DNA of 64,000 bases. It comes from Lachnospiraceae bacterium. GTDB lineage: Bacteria > Bacillota > Clostridia > Lachnospirales > Lachnospiraceae. A program made the position numbers and the translations under genes. Each line of letters opens with the position of its first letter. Position 1 is the stretch's first letter. Of the stretch, positions 28,260-34,842 are shown one piece after another. The stretch is taken from NCBI GenBank assembly GCA_024403235.1, contig JAKSSF010000008.1:200-64199 (forward strand), read 5' to 3'. Under the pieces are notes generated by a model. It was not told the DNA's origin and did not search any database. It saw only the letters and a program-made list of their open reading frames with translations.

Positions 28260-29432
28260 ATGGATTTTACTTTAAGCAAAGAACATGAGATGGCGAGACA
28301 GTTATTTAAAGATTTCGCTGAAAAGGAAGTAAAGCCACTTGCTCAGGAGATCGATGAACAGCATAGATTCCCTAGAGAGACAGTAGACAAACTTGCAAAA
28401 TATGGTTTTCTTGGTATTCCTGTAGAAAAAGAATTCGAAGGACAGGGCTGTGATCCTTTAACCTATGCTATGTGCGTAGAAGAAATGTCAAAGGTTTGCG
28501 GTACCACAGGTGTTATCGTTTCTGCACATACTTCTCTTTGTGTAGACCCTATTCAGACCTATGGTACACCTGAACAGAAAGCAAAATATTTACCTGACTT
28601 AGCATCTGGTAGAAAATTAGGTGCTTTTGGTCTTACAGAACCCGGCGCTGGTACAGATGCACAGGGACAGCAGACAAAAGCTGTATTTGATGCAGAAGCA
28701 AATGAATGGGTATTAAATGGTTCTAAATGTTTCATCACAAACGGTAAAGAAGCTGATGTATATATCATCATTGCTGTTACCGGTAAAGTAGAAAAACGTG
28801 GTAGAGTTCAGAAAGAAATCTCTGCATTTATCGTAGAAAAAGGAACTCCCGGATTTAGCTTTGGTACCAAAGAAAACAAAATGGGTATCTGCGCTTCTTC
28901 TACCTACGAATTAATCTTCACAGATTGTCGTATTCCTGCTGATGCACTTCTTGGTGCAAAGGGTAAAGGCTTCGGTATCGCAATGCATACCTTAGATGGT
29001 GGTCGTATCGGTATCGCTGCTCAGGCTCTTGGTCTTGCAGAAGGTGCATTAGAGACAACTATCAACTACGTAAAAGAAAGAAAACAGTTTGGCAGAACAA
29101 TCAGTGCATTCCAGAATACACAGTTCCAGCTTGCTGATATGGCTACAAAAGTAGAAGCTGCAAAACTTCTTGTTTACAAAGCAGCTATGAAGAAAGCTGA
29201 ATACAAGAAAAATCCTAAGACTTCTTACTCTGTAGAAGCTGCTATGGCTAAATTATATGCAGCAGAAGTTGCTATGGAAGTAACAACCAAATGTGTACAG
29301 TTACACGGTGGTTATGGTTACATCAAAGAGTATGATGTAGAACGTATGATGCGTGATGCTAAGATTACAGAAATCTACGAAGGAACTTCAGAAGTTCAGC
29401 GTATGGTTATTTCTGCAAATATTTTAGCTTAA
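28260..29432 (+). CDS. bcd: butyryl-CoA dehydrogenase (electron-bifurcating Bcd type)
   Basis: 390-aa acyl-CoA dehydrogenase (GLTEPGAGTD, IYEGTSEVQRMVI), directly followed by etfB and etfA. Confidence 0.93.
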   Translation: MDFTLSKEHEMARQLFKDFAEKEVKPLAQEIDEQHRFPRETVDKLAKYGFLGIPVEKEFEGQGCDPLTYAMCVEEMSKVCGTTGVIVSAHTSLCVDPIQTYGTPEQKAKYLPDLASGRKLGAFGLTEPGAGTDAQGQQTKAVFDAEANEWVLNGSKCFITNGKEADVYIIIAVTGKVEKRGRVQKEISAFIVEKGTPGFSFGTKENKMGICASSTYELIFTDCRIPADALLGAKGKGFGIAMHTLDGGRIGIAAQALGLAEGALETTINYVKERKQFGRTISAFQNTQFQLADMATKVEAAKLLVYKAAMKKAEYKKNPKTSYSVEAAMAKLYAAEVAMEVTTKCVQLHGGYGYIKEYDVERMMRDAKITEIYEGTSEVQRMVISANILA

Positions 29433-29466
29433 TTTTGTCAAATAATTGTAAAGGAGTAAGATCTCA

Positions 29467-30252
29467 ATGAAAATCGTTGTTTGTATTAAACAGGTGCCTG
29501 ATACTAAAGGCGGTGTTAAATTTAATCCAGACGGAACTCTTGATAGAGGCGCTATGCTTGCTATCATGAATCCAGATGACAAAGCTGGTCTTGAAGCAGC
29601 TCTTAGAATTAAGGATGCTACAGGAGCAGAAGTAACTGTTCTTACCATGGGTCTTCCCAAAGCTGCTGATGTTCTTCGTGAAGCAATCGCTATGGGCGCA
29701 GACAAAGGTATCCTAGTAACAGATAGAGTATTAGGTGGTGCTGATACTTGGGCTACATCTACTACTATTGCAGGTGCAATCAGAAATATTGATTATGACT
29801 TAATTATTACCGGTCGTCAGGCTATCGATGGTGATACCGCTCAGGTTGGTCCTCAGATCGCTGAACATTTAGGAATTCCTGTAATTTCTTATGCAGAAGA
29901 TATTAAGATTGACGGTGACAAGGTAGTTGTAAAACGTCAGTATGATGACAGATATCATATGGTAGAAGCTAAGATGCCATGCCTCATTACCGCTCTTGCA
30001 GAATTAAATGATCCTCGTTACATGACTCCTGGTGGAATTTTTGATGCTTGTGCAGCAGAAATCACAACTTGGGGCAGAGCAGATCTGAAAGATGTTGATG
30101 ATGCTAACCTTGGTTTGAAGGGTTCACCTACAAAGATTGCTAAAGCATCTGACAAAGTTCGTAAAGGTGCTGGTGAAAAGGTTGTTCCTGATTCTCCAGA
30201 AGATGCAGTTGAATACATCGTTAGCAAATTATCTGAGAAACATGTTATTTAA
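29467..30252 (+). CDS. etfB: electron transfer flavoprotein subunit beta
   Basis: MKIVVCIKQVPD N-terminus; 261 aa. Confidence 0.94.
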   Translation: MKIVVCIKQVPDTKGGVKFNPDGTLDRGAMLAIMNPDDKAGLEAALRIKDATGAEVTVLTMGLPKAADVLREAIAMGADKGILVTDRVLGGADTWATSTTIAGAIRNIDYDLIITGRQAIDGDTAQVGPQIAEHLGIPVISYAEDIKIDGDKVVVKRQYDDRYHMVEAKMPCLITALAELNDPRYMTPGGIFDACAAEITTWGRADLKDVDDANLGLKGSPTKIAKASDKVRKGAGEKVVPDSPEDAVEYIVSKLSEKHVI

Positions 30253-30272
30253 TGTAAAGGTGGTGAACAAAA

Positions 30273-31325
30273 ATGAATTTAGCAGAATATAAAGGCGTAT
30301 ACGTATTTGCACAGCAGGTTGATAATGAAATCAGCGGCATTGCATACGAATTACTTGGCAAAGCAAAAGAATTAGCAGCTCCTTTAAATACAGAAGTTAC
30401 TGCAGTTTTGATCGGCTATGAAGTAAAGCCACTTGCAGATAAACTTGCTGAATATGGTGCTGACAAGGTTATCGTTGTTGATGATCCGGAATTAAAAGAC
30501 TACAGAACAGAGCCTTATGCACATGCTCTTTCTTCTGTAATCAATGAATATAAACCTGAAATCGTTTTAGTAGGTGCTACAGCAATCGGTAGAGATTTAG
30601 GTCCTACAGTTTCCGCAAGAGTAGCTACAGGTTTGACAGCTGACTGTACAGTTCTTGAAATTGGTGATTTCCCATTAGTTGCAATCCCTGGTAAAGAAGA
30701 TGAACAGAAGCACAATCAGTTACTTATGACTCGTCCTGCATTCGGTGGTAACACAATCGCTACTATCGCTTGTCCTGACAACCGTCCTCAGATGGCTACA
30801 GTTCGTCCTGGTGTTATGCAGAAAATCGATCCTATCGTAGGAGCAAAAGCAACTGTAATTGAATACAATCCTGGTTTCACACCTAACAACAAATATGTTG
30901 AAATCAAAGAAATCGTTAAAGCAGTTTCTGATACAGTAGATATCATGGATGCTAAGATTTTAGTATCTGGTGGTCGTGGTGTTGGCAGCCCGGAAAACTT
31001 CAAATTATTAGATGATTTCGCAGCAGCTATCGGTGGAACAGTATCTTGTTCACGTGCTGTTGTAGATTCAGGCTGGAAACCAAAAGATCTTCAGGTTGGT
31101 CAGACTGGTAAAACAGTTCGTCCTAATGTATACTTTGCAATCGGTATTTCTGGTGCTATCCAGCATACAGCAGGTATGGAAGAATCTGATATCATCGTTG
31201 CTATTAACAAAGATGAAGATGCTCCTATCTTCGATGTAGCAGACTACGGTGTAGTTGGCGACTTAAATAAAATCTTACCTATTCTTACAGAACAGGTTAA
31301 GGCTGCTATGGAAGCAAAGAAATAA
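30273..31325 (+). CDS. etfA: electron transfer flavoprotein subunit alpha
   Basis: 350 aa; FAD-binding block [16 protein letters not shown]. Confidence 0.94.
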   Translation: MNLAEYKGVYVFAQQVDNEISGIAYELLGKAKELAAPLNTEVTAVLIGYEVKPLADKLAEYGADKVIVVDDPELKDYRTEPYAHALSSVINEYKPEIVLVGATAIGRDLGPTVSARVATGLTADCTVLEIGDFPLVAIPGKEDEQKHNQLLMTRPAFGGNTIATIACPDNRPQMATVRPGVMQKIDPIVGAKATVIEYNPGFTPNNKYVEIKEIVKAVSDTVDIMDAKILVSGGRGVGSPENFKLLDDFAAAIGGTVSCSRAVVDSGWKPKDLQVGQTGKTVRPNVYFAIGISGAIQHTAGMEESDIIVAINKDEDAPIFDVADYGVVGDLNKILPILTEQVKAAMEAKK

Positions 31326-31341
31326 TGAATTTTTAGAGCAG

Positions 31342-31372
31342 AAAGGGATTGGCGAATGCCAGTCCCTTTTTT
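31342..31372 (+). terminator. intrinsic terminator after etfA
   Basis: AAAGGGATTGGC-GAAT-GCCAGTCCCTTT followed by TTT. Confidence 0.8.
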
Positions 31373-31469
31373 GATGGCGTAAGGAAACCGAGCATTTATG
31401 CGAGGCGTCCTATTGGAATAGGATAAGAAGTGAAATCATATATTATAGGAAAACATAAAGAGATGTAAT

Positions 31470-32357
31470 ATGGAAGAATTTTTTAGAAAACCCGTGATTC
31501 CTTTACCCAATCCGGGGGAAGGTGGACCGGTATATTCTCCGGAACAAATAGGAAATAATGAAGTACCAAAAGACCCTGTGATGCCACTACCTAATCCGGG
31601 AGAAGGCGGACCGGTATATTCACCGGATGAAAGTGATATGCCTGGAAATATTCCAAATGAAGAAGAAAAAAATGAAAATGGTAATACCATTATTACAACC
31701 TATCCAAAACCGGGTAGCAATTGTCAGCTATGCACACCCTTTACCAAAGAATATTGTTATTTGCGTTTCTTGAACGCTTCCAGTGGTTATGATGGATTTT
31801 CTATTTATTGGAATGAACAAAAGATATTGCCTGTCATTCAGTCTGGAGACATTTCTTCCTACGAAAAAGTGCCGGGAGTTAGTACAGTTATTTCAGTTGT
31901 AGGAAAAAATGGGTATGTATATGTACAAAAGAATGTAGATTTTCATAATTTGCGAACAGTTACCATCGCTATTATTGATTCTTTATCGGGCTTAGATTTG
32001 CTATTGATAGAGGATGGATATTTTGATGGATTGAAAAATATGGGATGTATACGAGTTTGTAATCTGGCACAAAGAAGAGATGCTGTGAATCTTGTAGTTG
32101 GAAATCAATATGTGACCTTTTCCAATGTACAGTATAAAGAAGTGACAGAATATAAAAACATGTGGCCGGGAAAATATCGGTATTATATTGCAAATAATAA
32201 GTATAATGCACTGCCTTTATTAAGTAATCGCAATATAATTTTTTCTTCAGAATTAGAAATAGTGGCGAGGTCTTCATTAACCATCTTTTTGTTCCGTTGG
32301 AATAAAGAAAACCTAAATGATTTAAGAGTCCTGTTAGTACAAGAAACACTTCCATAA
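31470..32357 (+). CDS. hypothetical protein: tandem Pro/Gly repeats plus two DUF4397-like beta domains
   Basis: 295 aa with no signal peptide. PLPNPGEGGPVYSP occurs twice. The blocks YLRFLNASSGYDGFSIYWN and IRVCNLAQRRDAVNLVVGN resemble the DUF4397 pattern (my recollection, not searched). Confidence 0.45.
   Translation: MEEFFRKPVIPLPNPGEGGPVYSPEQIGNNEVPKDPVMPLPNPGEGGPVYSPDESDMPGNIPNEEEKNENGNTIITTYPKPGSNCQLCTPFTKEYCYLRFLNASSGYDGFSIYWNEQKILPVIQSGDISSYEKVPGVSTVISVVGKNGYVYVQKNVDFHNLRTVTIAIIDSLSGLDLLLIEDGYFDGLKNMGCIRVCNLAQRRDAVNLVVGNQYVTFSNVQYKEVTEYKNMWPGKYRYYIANNKYNALPLLSNRNIIFSSELEIVARSSLTIFLFRWNKENLNDLRVLLVQETLP
31491..31625 (+). repeat. 84-nt-period tandem coding repeat
   Basis: Copies at 31491-31541 and 31575-31625 encode PV(I/M)PLPNPGEGGPVYSP and are near-identical at the DNA level. 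Confidence 0.85.
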
Positions 32358-32371
32358 AAAGACATAAAAAT

Positions 32372-32412
32372 ACTCCGCAGAAGGAAAAAGCCTTTTGCGG
32401 AGTAAATTTTTT
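32372..32412. terminator. bidirectional terminator between convergent genes
   Basis: ACTCCGCA...TGCGGAGT with inner AAGG/CCTT pairs, flanked by an A-run upstream and AAATTTTTT downstream. Confidence 0.7.
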
Positions 32413-33463
32413 AATCTCCAAAGTATTCAGCAAAGCGTTCTGCAATAGCTTGAATGCCAGCTTCGTTTAAATGATAGTCATCATATAAATATTTGTCGCG
32501 ATTATCTACTGTAATCGTACCATAATAATTATCAATAAAGGACATGCCTTCACTCATCACAGTTTGTACATCATAGAGTAAGTAGTCTACCAAAGTACCA
32601 TTGCCGAAATCAATCACATCGCCGTCCACATAATAGTCATCTATGGTTTTTCCGCAAGCAGGAGTAGACAATACTACGGTTCGAATATGGGGGTATTTTT
32701 CTTCCAAAAGTTTCAAAGATGCTTTTAATGCACCGGCAAAAGTAATAGGATTGTCTTCATATCCCGGATCATATACCGGATGCTTTGCAAAATAATCTTC
32801 GCAGTCATACATAATTACCAGCATATCAATGGTATTCATATCTACCTGTTTTAAGTCTTCCAATGTACTTCGATCACTGTCATTAAAAGGGACCTGAGTA
32901 GAAGCTTTGTCTTGAAAAGAAAAATCATTACTACAAAGGGCTTTTACAATTCCATATAAACTAAAGGCATCGATTGGGTAATCATCCTGTTCGGGATAAG
33001 CTTCCATAGCTTGATAAGAAATACCAAAAGAACCATTAATGGATTTACCATTTACAGTATTAGCGAGAGCTTGATCTAACCCGTGGCCTTTATTATCTGC
33101 AAATGGAGCATTTCCCAGACATAGAATAGTGGTCACATCATCTGCCACAAACCCTTCCAATCTTGACGCAGACATTGGCTGAATATAATCCTGCCTTTCT
33201 GTATCAAATTGGGAAGTATCTTCCGTAGGATCATAATCGGAATCTTTTCCTTTATTCCACATAAATAATCGAACCATAGAAAAAAGGAATATACAAAGTG
33301 CAACACAGATAAAGATAAGATGCAAATTCCATTTTCTTTGCGGAGATTCTTTATGTGTTTTTTTATCATATTCAAATTCTTCATATACCAGATCATCCGG
33401 TTCTTCTATCCTAAAGGAAGTAGTATCCTCCAGGTTATTTTCATTATATTCTTCGAAAGACAT
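32411..33463 (-). CDS. type-II membrane protein with SGNH/GDSL-like ectodomain (nucleophile position is Ala)
   Basis: 350 aa. Acidic N-tail, then TM LHLIFICVALCIFLFSMVRLFMW. Block I reads ILCLGNAPFA and block V reads DDYHLNEAG (DxxH). Confidence 0.5.
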   Translation of the reverse strand: MSFEEYNENNLEDTTSFRIEEPDDLVYEEFEYDKKTHKESPQRKWNLHLIFICVALCIFLFSMVRLFMWNKGKDSDYDPTEDTSQFDTERQDYIQPMSASRLEGFVADDVTTILCLGNAPFADNKGHGLDQALANTVNGKSINGSFGISYQAMEAYPEQDDYPIDAFSLYGIVKALCSNDFSFQDKASTQVPFNDSDRSTLEDLKQVDMNTIDMLVIMYDCEDYFAKHPVYDPGYEDNPITFAGALKASLKLLEEKYPHIRTVVLSTPACGKTIDDYYVDGDVIDFGNGTLVDYLLYDVQTVMSEGMSFIDNYYGTITVDNRDKYLYDDYHLNEAGIQAIAERFAEYFGD

Positions 33464-33599
33464 AGATTCCTCCTTCGTTTTTCGTATATTTTCTTGCTTT
33501 AGAGTTTTTACTAGGTTATAGTAACACTAGGATTTACCAATTGTCTATGAAAGATAAAAATATTAAGAAAAAATTCTGAAATTTAGTAAGAGGTAATAC

Positions 33600-33938
33600 A
33601 TGAAAAAAATCATTCTACTGCAGTTGGCAGTGATTCTTTATACGGTATCTGGTATTATGGCAAAATTTGCCTCCGGTGGAAAAACCATATACCATACTTT
33701 ATTATTTCTAGGATTGGATGTTTTATTCCTAGGAATATATGCGATTGTTTGGCAACAATTAATCAAACGATTTGAATTGTCAGTTGCCTATGCAAATCGT
33801 GCGATGGCACTATTATGGTCTGCCTTATGGGCCTTATTGATTTTTCACGAAGCCCTTACCTGGAAAAAACTATTGGGAATTGCCTTTGTGATAGTAGGGA
33901 CCTTGATTGTAAACACAGAAAGGAGCAGCGAAAAATGA
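33600..33938 (+). CDS. half-size DMT/SMR-like 4-TM membrane protein (ArnE/ArnF-like), subunit 1
   Basis: 112 aa with four hydrophobic helices and no acidic residue in TM1. Its stop overlaps the start of the next gene (ATGA). Confidence 0.55.
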   Translation: MKKIILLQLAVILYTVSGIMAKFASGGKTIYHTLLFLGLDVLFLGIYAIVWQQLIKRFELSVAYANRAMALLWSALWALLIFHEALTWKKLLGIAFVIVGTLIVNTERSSEK

Positions 33939-34270
33939 TTTTTTATATAGTGGGCATTTTTTCTGTTACCATTGCATCCTGTTCTCAAGTGCTGTTAAAG
34001 ATGGGAGCAAATAAACAATACCCTGCCGGAATCAGAGAATATTTAAACCCTTTCGTGATAAGTGGATATGGTATGCTGGGGGTTTCTATGTTATTAACTA
34101 TTGTTGCCTATTCTCATTTGAACTATTTAAGTGTTCCGGTTCTGGAAGCTATAGGATATATATTAGTTCCCGTTCTAAGCTTTTTTGTATTTCGGGAAAA
34201 AATATCTTTGCAAAAAGCAATTGGTATTTTATGTATTTTAATTGGGATTGGGATTTATTATCTTTTGTGA
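33935..34270 (+). CDS. half-size DMT/SMR-like 4-TM membrane protein, subunit 2
   Basis: 111 aa starting MIFYIVGIFSVTIASCSQVLLKMGANK. Translationally coupled to the previous gene; the ORF-track start at 33815 is an out-of-context extension. Confidence 0.55.
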   Translation: MIFYIVGIFSVTIASCSQVLLKMGANKQYPAGIREYLNPFVISGYGMLGVSMLLTIVAYSHLNYLSVPVLEAIGYILVPVLSFFVFREKISLQKAIGILCILIGIGIYYLL

Positions 34271-34276
34271 AATGGA

Positions 34277-34543
34277 TTAGGAAGATCTGGCAACCTGCAA
34301 CTGTAGGACCTTATACCATTTGTTATATTTATGCATACGATAAGGCAAACTAAGTTCTTTCAGGTAAGTTTCGTTTTGGCATAGTTCAGCTAATAAAGTT
34401 CGCTCTAGTGGAGAATAAGAAACATAATCCAGATAGGTGGTTTGTAATTCAACTAAAGTGGTACTACATCTAGGACAATACATTTTATGGCCGTTAAGAA
34501 TATGAATTCTTTTACAGTTTTGACAAAAATGGATGTACATCAT
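34277..34543 (-). CDS. small zinc-ribbon protein of unknown function
   Basis: 88 aa; CQNC...17 aa...CPRC, followed by a helical C-terminal part. Confidence 0.4.
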   Translation of the reverse strand: MMYIHFCQNCKRIHILNGHKMYCPRCSTTLVELQTTYLDYVSYSPLERTLLAELCQNETYLKELSLPYRMHKYNKWYKVLQLQVARSS

Positions 34544-34718
34544 AACATAACCTCATTTCATTATTATTTTGGATTTGGCATAACGCATTGTCAAATCCAT
34601 TTTTATTTTGACAAAAAAAGAATAAAAACGCAAAAGAATCTCCTAGACAAATAAAACCAAAGATTTGGATAATTCGTCAATTATCTAAGAGAAACCAAAA
34701 TTTGGAAGGGGAATATTG

Positions 34719-34747
34719 TTGAATCCTGTAGATAACTTTGTTATAAT
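34719..34747 (+). promoter_or_regulatory. strong sigma-A-type promoter for the large GH25 gene
   Basis: TTGAAT (34719-34724), 17-nt spacer ending in TGT, TATAAT (34742-34747). This is an extended -10. Confidence 0.65.
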
Positions 34748-34842
34748 AACAAAAATTATGGAAAAATAAATGACATTTGTGTTCGATGAAAAGATACTGT
34801 GTCAGTTTAAGGATTTTATCTTGTAAGAGAGGAAAGCACTAC

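Noticed and set aside
34571-34604. Hairpin GGATTTG...CAAATCC plus T-run read as a + strand terminator.
   Set aside because: No + strand gene ends immediately upstream. It lies in the 5' region of the minus-strand zinc-ribbon gene, so its role is unclear.
34777-34842. TTG-started extension of the large GH25 ORF. Similar upstream extensions occur at 51735-51803, 55684-55746, 56910-56936 and 33815-33934.
   Set aside because: In each case an internal ATG with a better-spaced purine-rich RBS gives a sensible N-terminus. The extension overlaps a terminator, a promoter or the preceding gene.
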